A stretch of DNA of 39,143 bases, taken from an uncultured Alphaproteobacteria bacterium. Its GTDB lineage: Bacteria > Pseudomonadota > Alphaproteobacteria > GCA-002720895. Positions within the stretch are counted from its first letter, which is position 1. Each line of letters begins with the position of its first letter. The position numbers were made by a program, and so were the translations under genes. Below are positions 1 through 10,950 of this stretch, in pieces. Where the stretch lies: the NCBI GenBank assembly GCA_964637965.1, contig CAZWXP010000118.1:1-39143 (forward strand), in the 5' to 3' direction. Below the pieces are notes generated by a model. It was not told where the DNA came from. It did not search any database and was given only the letters and a program-made list of their open reading frames with translations.

Positions 1-47
1 GCCTGTCACGCAGGAAGTCGCGAGTTCGAGTCTCGTCACTCCCGCCA
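1..47 (+). tRNA. tRNA-Asp (anticodon GUC), 3' portion only; the 5' part lies upstream of the window
   Basis: Bases 3-9 CTGTCAC form an anticodon loop with GTC at the anticodon positions (T33, A37). Bases 1-2 GC pair with 10-11 GC of GCAGG (10-14), closing the anticodon stem. The T-stem is GCGAG (20-24) / CTCGT (32-36) around the T-loop TTCGAGT. The acceptor 3' strand is 37-43, the discriminator is G44, and CCA is encoded at 45-47. The layout matches the E. coli tRNA-Asp 3' half as I recall it. Confidence 0.9.
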
Positions 48-121
48 CTTTAAAATTAACCACTAGATTGTTTTTTAAATTAGATTAAATTAGTAATAAG
101 TAACTTTTTTTTTAAAAAAAA

Positions 122-478
122 ATGTTGTACGAATATTTACCAATTTTGTTATTTTTAATAATTGCAATTGTTTTTTCTATTGGATTATTGTCTATTTCAT
201 TTGTTTTATCACCAAAAAAACCAAGTAATGAAAAATTATCTCCTTATGAATGCGGATTCGAACCTTTTGATGATGCAAGAACTAAGTTTGATATAAGATT
301 CTATTTAGTATCATTATTATTCATAATTTTTGATTTAGAAGTAACTTTTTTATTTCCTTGGGCTGTTTCTTTAAAAAACATCGGTGTATTTGGTTATACA
401 TCAATGATGTTTTTTTTGTTTATTCTAACTATTGGATTTATTTATGAATGGAAAAAAGGAGCGCTTGAATGGGAATAG
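122..478 (+). CDS. nuoA: NADH:quinone oxidoreductase subunit A
   Basis: 118-aa three-TM protein with the NuoA/ND3 motif [10 protein letters not shown]...[18 protein letters not shown]. It is the first gene of a colinear nuoA-N series and overlaps nuoB by 10 nt. Confidence 0.95.
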   Translation: MLYEYLPILLFLIIAIVFSIGLLSISFVLSPKKPSNEKLSPYECGFEPFDDARTKFDIRFYLVSLLFIIFDLEVTFLFPWAVSLKNIGVFGYTSMMFFLFILTIGFIYEWKKGALEWE

Positions 479-996
479 CTAAATTAGATAACAATAAAAA
501 AAATTTTTTATTTAATAATTTATTTAAAGAACAATTTAAAACCAAAGGTTTTATCACTACCAAATTTAATAATCTATTAAATTTGGCAAGGTCTAATTCT
601 ATGTGGCCTATGACATTTGGTTTAGCATGTTGCGCTGTAGAAATGATGCATACTTATATGAGTAGATATGATTTAGACAGATTTGGAATTGTTACAAGAG
701 GAAGCCCAAGACAATCTGATGTTATGATAGTTGCTGGAACTTTATGTAATAAAATGGCTCCAGCATTAAGAAAAGTGTACGATCAAATGCCTGATCCTAA
801 ATGGGTTATTTCAATGGGATCATGTGCGAATGGTGGTGGCTATTATCATTATTCATATTCTGTTGTTAGAGGATGTGACAGAATTATTCCTGTTGATATT
901 TATGTTCCCGGTTGCCCTCCTACAGCAGAAGCCTTACTTTATGGAATAATGCAACTTCAAAAGAAAATTAAAAGAGAGAATGTTTTTTTTAGATAA
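469..996 (+). CDS. nuoB: NADH:quinone oxidoreductase subunit B (N2 Fe-S cluster subunit)
   Basis: Carries the hallmark motifs [24 protein letters not shown] and VPGCPP. Confidence 0.97.
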   Translation: MGIAKLDNNKKNFLFNNLFKEQFKTKGFITTKFNNLLNLARSNSMWPMTFGLACCAVEMMHTYMSRYDLDRFGIVTRGSPRQSDVMIVAGTLCNKMAPALRKVYDQMPDPKWVISMGSCANGGGYYHYSYSVVRGCDRIIPVDIYVPGCPPTAEALLYGIMQLQKKIKRENVFFR

Positions 997-1001
997 ATAT
1001 C

Positions 1002-1595
1002 ATGAAAAAAGATTTAAGCCAATTTGAAACTTTTGTAACTAAAACGTGTAAAAATATTACTAATCATGAAGTAATTAACAGTGAGTTGATAGTAACGTGT
1101 AAAACATCAAATATAGTAGATTTGCTTGAAGATCTAAAACAAAAAGATGGTTTAAATTTTGAAATGTTATTAGATATTACGGCTGTTGATTACCCACAAA
1201 GAACAAAAAGATTTGAATTAGTTTATAATTTGTTAAGTATAAAAAATAATTTGCGAATAAGAATAAAAATTTTTTTAAATGACAATCAAATTGTTCCATC
1301 TATTTCAAAACTTTATAAATCTGCATCATGGTACGAACGTGAAGTTTGGGATATGTATGGTATATCATTTAGTGGAAATAACGACCTTCGAAGAATCTTA
1401 ACTGACTATGGTTTTGAAGGACACCCATTGCGAAAGGATTTTCCTTTAACTGGCTTTGTTGAGTTAAGATATGATGAAACTAAGAAGAAAGTTGTCTATT
1501 CTAAAGTAAAATTAACTCAAGATTATAGAAATTTTGATTTTTTAAGTCCTTTGGAAGGTGGAGTTTTACCAGGTGATGAGAAAGCAAAGAAATAA
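1002..1595 (+). CDS. nuoC: NADH:quinone oxidoreductase subunit C (30 kDa subunit)
   Basis: Contains SASWYEREVWDMYGISFSGNNDLRRILTDYGFEGHPLRKDFPLTG and a C-terminal LPGDEKA. It is a separate gene, not fused to nuoD. Confidence 0.95.
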   Translation: MKKDLSQFETFVTKTCKNITNHEVINSELIVTCKTSNIVDLLEDLKQKDGLNFEMLLDITAVDYPQRTKRFELVYNLLSIKNNLRIRIKIFLNDNQIVPSISKLYKSASWYEREVWDMYGISFSGNNDLRRILTDYGFEGHPLRKDFPLTGFVELRYDETKKKVVYSKVKLTQDYRNFDFLSPLEGGVLPGDEKAKK

Positions 1596-1607
1596 AAAAT
1601 TTTTTTA

Positions 1608-2786
1608 ATGAAAGAAGTTAAAATCAAACCGTTAACCATAAATTTTGGGCCTCAACATCCCGCAGCACATGGTGTTTTAAGAATGGTTTTGGAGATGGAT
1701 GGTGAAATAATAGAAAGAGTTGACCCTCATATAGGATTATTACATCGTGGTACAGAAAAATTAATTGAAAATAAAACATATCTACAAGCAGTACCATATT
1801 TTGATAGATTAGATTATGTTTCACGGATGTGTCAAGAACACGCATTTGCTTTAGCAGTTGAGAAATTATTGAAAATAGAACCTCCTATACGGGCGAGTTA
1901 TATCAGAGTTCTTTTTTCTGAAATTACTAGAATATTAAATCATTTACTCGCTTTACCAGCAATGGCTATGGATGTAGGAGCTATGACACCATTTTTATGG
2001 TCTTTTGAACAAAGGGAATTATTAATGGAATTTTATGAAAAAGTAAGTGGAGCCAGATTACATGCTGCTTATTTTAGACCTGGAGGCGTATATAGAGATT
2101 TACCAAAAGGATTACTAAAAGAAATAAAAAATTGGGCTATCAAATTTCCAACATTTGTCAAAGATTTAGAAAATCTTCTATCTGAGAATAGAATTTTTAA
2201 ACAAAGAACCGTAGATATAGGTATTATATCACCTGAAGATGCCATTGACTTTGGTTTCACAGGTCCGATGCTTAGAGCATCTGGTGTTCAATGGGATTTA
2301 AGAAAAGATCAAAGCTATGAAGTATATAACAAACTAGATTTTGAAATACCTGTAGGAAAAAAAGGTGATTGCTATGATAGATATTTTGTAAGAGTAGAAG
2401 AAATGAAAGAGTCATTAAAGATTATTCATCAATGTATTGATGTTATGCCTAAGGGTCCAGTGATGATAAAAAATAATAAAGTTACGCCTCCAAAAAGGGA
2501 ATTAATGAAGAAGTCAATGGAATCTTTAATACATCACTTTAAATTATATACAGAAGGATATAAAGTTCCCAAAGGAGAAACTTATACATCAGTAGAAGCT
2601 CCAAAAGGTGAATTTGGAGTTTATCTAGTATCTGATGGTTCTAACAGACCGTATAAATGTAAAATTAGAGCTCCAGGATTTGCCCATTTACAAGCAATGG
2701 ATTTTTGTTCTAAAGGTCATATGTTAGCAGATGTTGTTGCTATACTAGGCTCAATGGACATTGTCTTTGGTGAAATTGATAGGTAA
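1608..2786 (+). CDS. nuoD: NADH:quinone oxidoreductase subunit D (49 kDa subunit)
   Basis: Contains [34 protein letters not shown] and a C-terminal DIVFGEIDR. Confidence 0.97.
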   Translation: MKEVKIKPLTINFGPQHPAAHGVLRMVLEMDGEIIERVDPHIGLLHRGTEKLIENKTYLQAVPYFDRLDYVSRMCQEHAFALAVEKLLKIEPPIRASYIRVLFSEITRILNHLLALPAMAMDVGAMTPFLWSFEQRELLMEFYEKVSGARLHAAYFRPGGVYRDLPKGLLKEIKNWAIKFPTFVKDLENLLSENRIFKQRTVDIGIISPEDAIDFGFTGPMLRASGVQWDLRKDQSYEVYNKLDFEIPVGKKGDCYDRYFVRVEEMKESLKIIHQCIDVMPKGPVMIKNNKVTPPKRELMKKSMESLIHHFKLYTEGYKVPKGETYTSVEAPKGEFGVYLVSDGSNRPYKCKIRAPGFAHLQAMDFCSKGHMLADVVAILGSMDIVFGEIDR

Positions 2787-2803
2787 ATAAAGTAGGTAAT
2801 TTT

Positions 2804-3307
2804 ATGTCTAATAATATTGAATTGAAATTTAAATTTAATAATTTAAATTTATTAAAAGCAAAAAAAATTATAAAAAAATACCCAAAACAATATTCAAATA
2901 GTGCTGTTATTCCTTTTTTACATTTAGCCCAAGAACAATTAGGTGGCTGGTTGAATAAATCTGCTATTGAATATGTATCAAAATATTTAAAATTACCCTT
3001 AATTAATGTCTATGAAATAGCATCCTTTTACCATATGTTTAATTTAAAAAAAGTTGGTAAACATTGTATTAATGTATGTACCACAACACCGTGTATGTTA
3101 AGAGGCTCCGATTCTATTTTAAAAAAATTTCAAAAAAATTTAAATATTAAAACTGGGGAGGTAACAAAAGACGGAAAAATTTCATTGCATGAAATTGAAT
3201 GTTTAGGCGCATGCATTGATGCTCCGGTTATAAAAATTAATAATAACTATTATGAAAATTTAAAATTAGACGATATAAAAAAAATAGTTAAAAATTTAAG
3301 AAAGTAA
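2804..3307 (+). CDS. nuoE: NADH:quinone oxidoreductase subunit E (24 kDa 2Fe-2S subunit)
   Basis: Thioredoxin-like 2Fe-2S pattern CINVCTTTPCMLRGS ... IECLGACIDAPV. It sits between nuoD and nuoF. Confidence 0.93.
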   Translation: MSNNIELKFKFNNLNLLKAKKIIKKYPKQYSNSAVIPFLHLAQEQLGGWLNKSAIEYVSKYLKLPLINVYEIASFYHMFNLKKVGKHCINVCTTTPCMLRGSDSILKKFQKNLNIKTGEVTKDGKISLHEIECLGACIDAPVIKINNNYYENLKLDDIKKIVKNLRK

Positions 3308-3313
3308 TAATTT

Positions 3314-4597
3314 ATGTTAAAACATGAAGATCATATATTTACCAATTTAAATGGCTATAATTCATTTAAATTAAATGAAGCTAAAAGTAGAGGTGATTGG
3401 AATAATACAAAGAAAATTATTGAACGTGGCTCAAGTTGGTTAATTAATGAAATAAGACTTTCAGATTTAAGAGGAAGAGGAGGAGCAGGATTTCCTACTG
3501 GGTTAAAATGGTCATTTATTCCTGAAAAATCAAAATTACCTAAATATTTGATAGTGAATGCTGACGAAAGTGAGCCAGGAACATGTAAAGATAGAGATAT
3601 AATTAGATATGAACCACATAAACTTATAGAAGGATGTCTGTTATCTAGTTTCGCTATAGGCGCGAAGACCTGTTACATATATATTAGAGGAGAGTTCTTT
3701 AATGAAGCTAAAATATTGCAAACTGCTATAGATGAAGCGTATAGAGATGGTTTTATCGGAAAAAATTCTTGCAATTCAGGTTGGGATTTTGATATCTACA
3801 TACACAGGGGCGCAGGTGCTTATATTGCTGGAGAAGAAACTGCATTATTAGAAAGTTTGGAAGGAAAGAAAGCTCAGCCTAGATTAAAACCACCCTTTCC
3901 TGCAATTGTTGGTTTATATGGATGTCCAACAATTATAAACAATGTTGAAACAATTGCTGTTGTTCCAGATATTTTAAAAAGAGGTAGCGCATGGTTTTCT
4001 TCACTTGGTAAACCAAATAATACTGGTTCAAAAATTTTTTGTATTTCTGGACACGTTAACAAGCCTTGTAATGTTGAAGAAGAATTAGGAATTCCTCTTA
4101 AGGAATTAATAGAAAAATACGCAGGAGGTGTAATTGGAGGCTGGAACAACTTGTTAGCAGTTATTCCCGGTGGCTCTTCTGTACCATTAATACCTAAAAA
4201 AATTTGCGACGAAATTCATATGGATTTTGATAGCCTTCAAAAAGCTAATTCTAGCCTTGGCACAGCCGGAGTGATAGTAATGAACAAATCTACCGATTTA
4301 GTTAAAGCTATTACTAGAATTTCAAGATTTTATAAAAAAGAAAGTTGTGGACAATGTACCCCATGTAGAGAAGGTACAGGAAGGATGTGGAGAGTAATGG
4401 AAAGATTTTGTAAAGGTGAAGGATCAATAGATGAAATAGATGCTTTGTATGAAGTTTCTAAAGAGGTTGAAGGACATACCATTTGTGCTTTTGGCGATGC
4501 CTCTGCATGGCCTATACAAGCATTAATAAAAAATTTTAGAAGTTTAATTATTCAAAAAATTCAAAAAAACAGTAATACAAAAAAGAAGGTTGCTTAA
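3314..4597 (+). CDS. nuoF: NADH:quinone oxidoreductase subunit F (51 kDa FMN/NADH-binding subunit)
   Basis: Contains [45 protein letters not shown] and the N3 cluster motif [12 protein letters not shown]. Its TAA shares one base with the nuoG ATG (TAATG at 4595-4599). Confidence 0.97.
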   Translation: MLKHEDHIFTNLNGYNSFKLNEAKSRGDWNNTKKIIERGSSWLINEIRLSDLRGRGGAGFPTGLKWSFIPEKSKLPKYLIVNADESEPGTCKDRDIIRYEPHKLIEGCLLSSFAIGAKTCYIYIRGEFFNEAKILQTAIDEAYRDGFIGKNSCNSGWDFDIYIHRGAGAYIAGEETALLESLEGKKAQPRLKPPFPAIVGLYGCPTIINNVETIAVVPDILKRGSAWFSSLGKPNNTGSKIFCISGHVNKPCNVEEELGIPLKELIEKYAGGVIGGWNNLLAVIPGGSSVPLIPKKICDEIHMDFDSLQKANSSLGTAGVIVMNKSTDLVKAITRISRFYKKESCGQCTPCREGTGRMWRVMERFCKGEGSIDEIDALYEVSKEVEGHTICAFGDASAWPIQALIKNFRSLIIQKIQKNSNTKKKVA

Positions 4598-6657
4598 TGA
4601 TAGAAATAATTATTGATAATGAGAAAATAAAAGTTGAGTTAGGTACAACTATTTTACAAGCTTGTCAAAAAGCAGGAATTGAAATTCCAATTTTTTGCTA
4701 TCATGAGAGATTATCTATTGCGGGTAATTGTAGAATGTGTTTGGTTGAAGTAGAGGGCAATCCTAAACCTGTTGCCTCATGCAGCGTTCCATGTTCAAAA
4801 GGAATGAAAATTAAAACTAATACAGATATGGTAAAAAAAGCTAGAAATGGTGTTATGGAATTTCTTTTAATAAACCATCCTTTAGATTGTCCAATTTGCG
4901 ATCAAGGAGGTGAATGTGATTTGCAAGATATTGCAATGGGTTATGGAAAAGATAAAAGTCGTTTTAGTTATAATAAAAGAGCAGTCAAAGAAAAAAATTT
5001 TGGTCCTTTAATTAAAACAGTAATGACAAGATGTATTCATTGCACTAGATGTATCAGATTTGCATCTGAAGTAGCAGGAACAGATGAGCTTGGAACAACA
5101 GGAATGGGCGAAGACATGGAAGTAACATCTTACTTAAATAAAAGTGTATCATCTGAATTATCTGGAAATATGATAGATATTTGTGCTGTTGGAGCTTTAA
5201 CTTCAAAACCATTTAGTTTAACTACAAGACCATGGGAATTAAACAAAACTGAATCAATAGATGTTTCAGACGCAGTATGTTCAAATATTAGATTGGATAC
5301 AAGAAATAATGAAGTTATGAGAATTCTTCCTATTGAAAATGAAGAAATAAATGAAGAATGGATATCTGATAAGACACGATTTTCTTATGATGGATTAAAG
5401 TTTAATAGAATAGATAAACCTTACATAAGAAAAAATAATGTTTTAGAAGAATGTACATGGGATCAGGCATTAGATTTTATTAAAAAAAAGATTTCAAAAA
5501 TTGAAGGAAAAAAAATGGCAGCGATCATTGGTAACCAGGTTGATTGTGAAAGCATTATCTTATTAAAAGATCTTTTTAATATGATGGGATCTGATAATTT
5601 TTTATGTTCCCAAAATAATGCTTCTTATAAATCAATACCCCGCATAGCTTACACATTTAACAGTTGTATTACTGGAATTGAAGAATCAGATTTTTGTCTT
5701 TTAATAGGAACAAATCCAAGAAAAGAAGCTGCTATATTAAATGCAAGAATTAGAAAAAGATATCTTCAAGGCAATTATGAAATTTTTTCAATAGGGCCTA
5801 ATCTTAAATTAAATTATCCATGTAAATTTTTAGGTGATGACCCATCAATACTAATTGATACTTTAAATAAAAAAAATTTATTATCAAAGAAACTAGCAAA
5901 AGCAAAAAAACCAATCGTTATATTTGGAGACAATGTTTTTACAAGAAAAGATTCATTATCAATCCTAGACAATATTTGTAGAATATGTATTAATTTTCAA
6001 GTTATACAAAGAAAAAAAAATAATATTATATGGAATGGTTTAAATTGTCTTCATTATGCTGCTTCAAGAGTTGGTGCTTTAGATTTAAAATTTTATTCTA
6101 AAAATCAAAATTTTACTCTTAACAATCTTTATTCATTATCAAAAAAGAAAAAAATAGAACTAGTTTATTTACTAGCTGTTGATCAAATTAATGTTAAAAA
6201 ATTAACAAACTCATTTGTTATATATCAAGGACATCACGGTGACTTTGGCGCTGAATATTCAGATGTTGTTTTACCCGGATCAGCATATAGTGAAAAAAAT
6301 TCTACATATATAAATACCGAAGGAAAAATACAAAATACCTATAAAGCTTGTATGCCACCAGGAGAAGCTAAAGAAGATTGGAGAATTATTGTTTCTATAG
6401 GAAAAAAGTTGGGAAAAAAATTTGATTATTATAATATTGAAGATGTTCGAAAAAGATTAATTAAAGAAAATATTAATTTTTCCTTATCAAAAGGAAAAAA
6501 TATAGAAAATAAATTTTTTAAGTTTGGAAAGAAAGGAAAATTAATAAACGAAAAATTTAATTTACCAATTGACGATTTTTATTTAACTGATGCAATTACA
6601 AAATCTTCAAAAGTTATGAAAAAATGTTCAAAGGAATTAAAACCAAATGGGAAATGA
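4597..6657 (+). CDS. nuoG: NADH:quinone oxidoreductase subunit G (75 kDa Fe-S subunit)
   Basis: N-terminal 2Fe-2S motif [19 protein letters not shown], followed by [18 protein letters not shown] and [10 protein letters not shown]. The 686-aa length is typical. Confidence 0.97.
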   Translation: MIEIIIDNEKIKVELGTTILQACQKAGIEIPIFCYHERLSIAGNCRMCLVEVEGNPKPVASCSVPCSKGMKIKTNTDMVKKARNGVMEFLLINHPLDCPICDQGGECDLQDIAMGYGKDKSRFSYNKRAVKEKNFGPLIKTVMTRCIHCTRCIRFASEVAGTDELGTTGMGEDMEVTSYLNKSVSSELSGNMIDICAVGALTSKPFSLTTRPWELNKTESIDVSDAVCSNIRLDTRNNEVMRILPIENEEINEEWISDKTRFSYDGLKFNRIDKPYIRKNNVLEECTWDQALDFIKKKISKIEGKKMAAIIGNQVDCESIILLKDLFNMMGSDNFLCSQNNASYKSIPRIAYTFNSCITGIEESDFCLLIGTNPRKEAAILNARIRKRYLQGNYEIFSIGPNLKLNYPCKFLGDDPSILIDTLNKKNLLSKKLAKAKKPIVIFGDNVFTRKDSLSILDNICRICINFQVIQRKKNNIIWNGLNCLHYAASRVGALDLKFYSKNQNFTLNNLYSLSKKKKIELVYLLAVDQINVKKLTNSFVIYQGHHGDFGAEYSDVVLPGSAYSEKNSTYINTEGKIQNTYKACMPPGEAKEDWRIIVSIGKKLGKKFDYYNIEDVRKRLIKENINFSLSKGKNIENKFFKFGKKGKLINEKFNLPIDDFYLTDAITKSSKVMKKCSKELKPNGK

Positions 6658-7642
6658 AATGTTTTATGATACTTTAATTATAATTTCAAAAATATTTCTA
6701 ATAATAATTCCATTATTAATTTTTGTCGGAATATTAACTTTCGTTGAAAGAAAAGTGATTGCAGCTATGCAATTAAGAAGAGGCCCAAATGTCGTTGGCC
6801 CATTTGGTTTTTTTCAACCGATTGCAGACGGATTAAAGTTACTGACAAAAGAAATTATTATTCCGTATGGTTCTGACAAATATCTTTTTTTAATTGCACC
6901 TGTTATTACTTTTGTCTTAAGTTTAATCGGTTGGGCAGTAATTCCTTTCGATAAAAATATTGTTTTATCAAATATAAATGTAGGGATTTTATATTTATTT
7001 GCCGTTTCAACACTGAGTGTTTACGGAGTAATAATTGCAGGATGGGCAAGTAATTCTAAATATGCGTTTTTAGGAGCAATGCGTTCAACTGCACAAATGA
7101 TTTCTTATGAAGTTTCAATTGGATTAATAATTATTAGCGTATTATTATCTGCAGGTTCCTTAAATTTGACTGAAATTGTTTTAGCTCAAAAAAATTTTTG
7201 GTACTTTATACCTCATTTTCCAATGGCTGTAATATTTTTTATATCTACCATTGCTGAAACTAATAGAGCACCCTTCGACTTACCTGAAGCTGAAGCTGAA
7301 CTTGTATCAGGGTTTCATGTAGAATATTCTTCGTTTCCATTTGCTTTATTTTTTTTGGGTGAATATGCAAATATTGTTCTTATGAGTGCACTTTCAACCA
7401 TACTTTTTTTTGGTGGGTGGCTACCTCCATTTAACTTAGAAATATTATATTTTGTACCTGGATATATATGGTTTTTTCTTAAAGTATCTTTTTTTGTTTT
7501 TTTATTTTTCTGGATTAGAGCGACACTTCCAAGATTTAGATATGATCAATTAATGAGACTTGGATGGAAGATTTTTTTACCTTTATCGCTATTATGGTTA
7601 TTTTTAACATCAACTTTTTTAGTTTTCTTTAAGTATGTATAA
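6647..7642 (+). CDS. nuoH: NADH:quinone oxidoreductase subunit H
   Basis: Polytopic membrane protein with [31 protein letters not shown] and [13 protein letters not shown]. The start could instead be the ATG at 6659 (MFYDT...), just after the nuoG stop. Confidence 0.95.
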   Translation: MGNEMFYDTLIIISKIFLIIIPLLIFVGILTFVERKVIAAMQLRRGPNVVGPFGFFQPIADGLKLLTKEIIIPYGSDKYLFLIAPVITFVLSLIGWAVIPFDKNIVLSNINVGILYLFAVSTLSVYGVIIAGWASNSKYAFLGAMRSTAQMISYEVSIGLIIISVLLSAGSLNLTEIVLAQKNFWYFIPHFPMAVIFFISTIAETNRAPFDLPEAEAELVSGFHVEYSSFPFALFFLGEYANIVLMSALSTILFFGGWLPPFNLEILYFVPGYIWFFLKVSFFVFLFFWIRATLPRFRYDQLMRLGWKIFLPLSLLWLFLTSTFLVFFKYV

Positions 7643-8132
7643 AAAATTTCTTTATAAAATATTAACAATCGCATTGTTTCGAGATTTAATAATAGGATTA
7701 ATTACTACATTTAAATATTTATTTAAAAGACGTGTAACTTTAAACTATCCTAATGAAAAAGGTCCTTTAAGCCCTCGTTTTAAAGGCGAACATGCATTAA
7801 GACGTTATCCTTCCGGTGAAGAAAGATGTATTGGTTGCAAATTATGTGAGGCAGTATGTCCAGCACAAGCTATCTCTATTGAAACGGAACCTGCTGATAA
7901 AAATGGTATTAGAAGAACAACTAAATATGATATAGATATGACTAAATGTATATATTGTGGTTTGTGTGAGGAGTCATGTCCAACAGATGCAATTGTTGAA
8001 GGTCCTAACTTTGAATATTCAAAAGAAACCAGGCCTGAATTACTATACAATAAAGAAAAACTTTTAAAGAATGGCGATATGTGGGAAGATGAAATAAAAA
8101 AAAGATTGGATTTAGATTCTGGCTATAGATAA
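7635..8132 (+). CDS. nuoI: NADH:quinone oxidoreductase subunit I (2x 4Fe-4S ferredoxin subunit)
   Basis: Two CxxCxxCxxxCP motifs: [12 protein letters not shown] and [12 protein letters not shown]. Confidence 0.97.
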   Translation: MYKKFLYKILTIALFRDLIIGLITTFKYLFKRRVTLNYPNEKGPLSPRFKGEHALRRYPSGEERCIGCKLCEAVCPAQAISIETEPADKNGIRRTTKYDIDMTKCIYCGLCEESCPTDAIVEGPNFEYSKETRPELLYNKEKLLKNGDMWEDEIKKRLDLDSGYR

Positions 8133-8153
8133 AAATTTTTTTATAAAATAATT

Positions 8154-8714
8154 TTGACTATTTTTATATTTTTTATTGTATCAATAATAATTATTACTTC
8201 ATCTTTTTTAGTAATATTATCAAAGAATCCAATTCATTCTGTTTTATTTCTAATACTTGTTTTCTTTAATACTTCAATACTTTTTTTATTTTCTAATGCT
8301 GAGTTTCTAGCAATGGTAGTTCTCATTGTTTATATTGGCGCTGTAGCTGTTCTATTTTTATTTGTTATTATGATGTTAGACATAAATATTACTAAATTAA
8401 GAAAAACCTTTTTAAATTATTTGCCAACAGGATTAATTGTTGGTTTTGTAATATTATTAGAATTAATTTATGTTGTTAATCAATCTAAATTAAATTTTTC
8501 ACAAAAAATTTCTTCCGAAAATAATGTAACAGAACAAATTATGAATAACACTGTTTCAATCGGAAACGTTCTATATACAGATTATTTTTTACTGTTCCAA
8601 ATTTCCGGAATAATTCTTTTAGTTGCCATGATTGGAGCAATTTTCTTAACTATTAGAAAAAGAGAGGGCGTGAAGAAACAAAATATTTATAAACAAATTT
8701 TAAGGGACGAATAA
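8154..8714 (+). CDS. nuoJ: NADH:quinone oxidoreductase subunit J
   Basis: Hydrophobic 186-aa protein in the nuoJ position, with a NuoJ/ND6-like VVLIVYIGAVAVLFLFVIMML segment. The ORF starts at TTG. Confidence 0.9.
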   Translation: MTIFIFFIVSIIIITSSFLVILSKNPIHSVLFLILVFFNTSILFLFSNAEFLAMVVLIVYIGAVAVLFLFVIMMLDINITKLRKTFLNYLPTGLIVGFVILLELIYVVNQSKLNFSQKISSENNVTEQIMNNTVSIGNVLYTDYFLLFQISGIILLVAMIGAIFLTIRKREGVKKQNIYKQILRDE

Positions 8715-8717
8715 AAA

Positions 8718-9023
8718 ATGATTCCAATTACATATTATTTATATCTTTCAATAATTGTATTTACAATTGGCTTAACGGGTGTTTTTTTAAATAGAAAAAA
8801 CTTGATAGTTTTACTAATGTCTATTGAGTTAATACTTCTTTCGGCAAATATAAATTTTGTAGCTTTTTCTAATTATTATAAAAGTATCGCAGGTCAAATC
8901 TTTGTTTTTTTTAATTTAAGTATAGCCGCTGCAGAAGCTGCAGTTGGTCTAGCAATAATAGTAATTTTTTTTAGAAAAAGAGATTCTATACATGTTGATG
9001 ATATTAATATCTTAAAAGGATAA
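8718..9023 (+). CDS. nuoK: NADH:quinone oxidoreductase subunit K
   Basis: 101-aa three-TM protein with [17 protein letters not shown] and [13 protein letters not shown], as in NuoK/ND4L. Confidence 0.95.
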   Translation: MIPITYYLYLSIIVFTIGLTGVFLNRKNLIVLLMSIELILLSANINFVAFSNYYKSIAGQIFVFFNLSIAAAEAAVGLAIIVIFFRKRDSIHVDDINILKG

Positions 9024-9024
9024 A

Positions 9025-10941
9025 ATGTATTTATTTTCAGTTTTCTTACCTTTAATTAGTTTTTTTATTTTTATTTTTCTTTCTAATTTTGCTAATAAAA
9101 AAATTCTTATTTATATTTCGACATTTAATATTATTTTGGCAACTTTAATTTCATCTTTACTTATTAAAGACGTTGTAAATGATAATTATAATTTTGAAGT
9201 TTATTTATTTAGTTGGCTTAATTCCGCTGATCTTTCATCAAATTGGTCTATAAATTTTGATTTTTTAACTGCGACAATGATTTTTATAGTTAATATTATT
9301 TCAGCTTTAGTCCAATTTTATTCAATTGGCTATATGGAAGATGATAAATCTATTGTACGTTTTTTTTCTTATTTAAACTTATTTTCTTTTTTCATGCTTA
9401 TTTTAGTCACTTCAGGAAATTTACTTCAGTTTTATTTAGGATGGGAAGGAGTAGGTTTATGTTCATACCTACTTATAGGTTTTTGGTATTATAAAGAATC
9501 TGCTAGCAAAGCTGCTTTAAAAGCATTTATTGTGAATAGAGCAGGGGATATGTTTTTTATATTAGCTATAATTTTAATTTATCTAACTTTTAACTCGATT
9601 ACATTTACAAATATTTTTTCAAGTTTAAAAGACTACGAAGGAATTAAATATAGTTTTTTATTTTTTGAGATTGACATAATAACTATTATTTGTTTTTTCT
9701 TAATTTTAGGCGCTATGGGTAAATCAGCCCAAATAGGTTTCCACACCTGGTTGCCTGATGCAATGGAAGGCCCAACACCAGTTTCTGCCTTAATTCATGC
9801 CGCAACAATGGTTACAGCTGGAGTCTTTTTAATTTGTAAAATGTCAATTTTTTTTAATTATTCTATTTTTGCATCAAACTTTATAATTTTTGTTGGCTCT
9901 ATAACTGCAATTTTTGCTGCATCTGTAGCATTAATGCAAGATGACATTAAAAAAATAATTGCGTACTCAACATGCAGCCAGTTGGGTTTTATGTTTATTG
10001 CTGCCGGTTTATCTTTATATAATTTAGCTATATTCCATCTTGTTACACATGCTTTTTTTAAATCTTTACTTTTTCTAGGAGCTGGATCAGTTATACAATC
10101 AATAAATCACGAACAAAATATTAAAAAAATGGGGAAATTATGGAAAAAACTTCCTTTGACTTATATTGTAATGATAATAGGAAGCCTAGCGCTATCCGGA
10201 ATTCCTTTTTTTTCAGGATACTATTCAAAAGAGCTTATAATTAATTCTGGTTTATCATCAGATTTATTCTTATCTAAGTATGTTTATTTTATTTCTATTA
10301 TTACTGTATTTCTTACATCAGCATATTCTTTTAGATTAATTTATTATATTTTTCATGGACCAATAAAATTTTCGATATTTAAATATAATAATGTAAAAGA
10401 AACTTCATTTTACATTCTTTCACCAATTATATTTCTTGGCTTTTGTGCTGTTTTTTCAGGTTTTTTTTTAAAAGATTTTTTTATTTATGAAAAGTATGAC
10501 TATTTATGGACAAACTCAAATATTCAAAATCTTGCTAAAATTCATATACATGAAGCAAATTATTTAATGAATTATATTCCTACAATTTTTTCTTTTTTAG
10601 GAATATTTTTAATTTTTTATATATATTTTTTTAATCAAAATTTGATTTTTTTTCTAAAGAAAAAAGTTAATTCTATTTATCTATTTTTTTTAAATAAATG
10701 GTACTTTGATGAATTTTATAATTATTTATTTGTTAAAAATATAATTAGATTATCTAAAAATTTGTGGAGAAAAATAGATGATGGTTTAATTGATAGACTT
10801 GGTCCAAATACTTTAGCTATATCAACAAAAAATATTTCAAAATTTTTTAGTAGCTTACAAACTGGCTATATTTATCATTATGTTTTTTCTTTTGTTATTG
10901 GTATGACTTTATTAATTTCTTTTATTATTTTTTTTCTCTAA
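9025..10941 (+). CDS. nuoL: NADH:quinone oxidoreductase subunit L
   Basis: Antiporter-like subunit with GWEGVGLCSYLLIGFWY, GKSAQIGFHTWLPDAMEGPTPVSALIHAATMVTAG and AYSTCSQLGFMF. It has the long C-terminal extension typical of NuoL/ND5. Confidence 0.96.
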   Translation: MYLFSVFLPLISFFIFIFLSNFANKKILIYISTFNIILATLISSLLIKDVVNDNYNFEVYLFSWLNSADLSSNWSINFDFLTATMIFIVNIISALVQFYSIGYMEDDKSIVRFFSYLNLFSFFMLILVTSGNLLQFYLGWEGVGLCSYLLIGFWYYKESASKAALKAFIVNRAGDMFFILAIILIYLTFNSITFTNIFSSLKDYEGIKYSFLFFEIDIITIICFFLILGAMGKSAQIGFHTWLPDAMEGPTPVSALIHAATMVTAGVFLICKMSIFFNYSIFASNFIIFVGSITAIFAASVALMQDDIKKIIAYSTCSQLGFMFIAAGLSLYNLAIFHLVTHAFFKSLLFLGAGSVIQSINHEQNIKKMGKLWKKLPLTYIVMIIGSLALSGIPFFSGYYSKELIINSGLSSDLFLSKYVYFISIITVFLTSAYSFRLIYYIFHGPIKFSIFKYNNVKETSFYILSPIIFLGFCAVFSGFFLKDFFIYEKYDYLWTNSNIQNLAKIHIHEANYLMNYIPTIFSFLGIFLIFYIYFFNQNLIFFLKKKVNSIYLFFLNKWYFDEFYNYLFVKNIIRLSKNLWRKIDDGLIDRLGPNTLAISTKNISKFFSSLQTGYIYHYVFSFVIGMTLLISFIIFFL

Positions 10942-10950
10942 TATTAAATA

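Noticed and set aside
68-96. A sigma-70-like promoter upstream of nuoA: TTGTTT (68-73), a 17-nt spacer, then TAGTAA (91-96).
   Set aside because: Hexamers of this quality occur by chance throughout DNA this AT-rich. With no TSS data or conservation evidence, it is not reportable as a feature.
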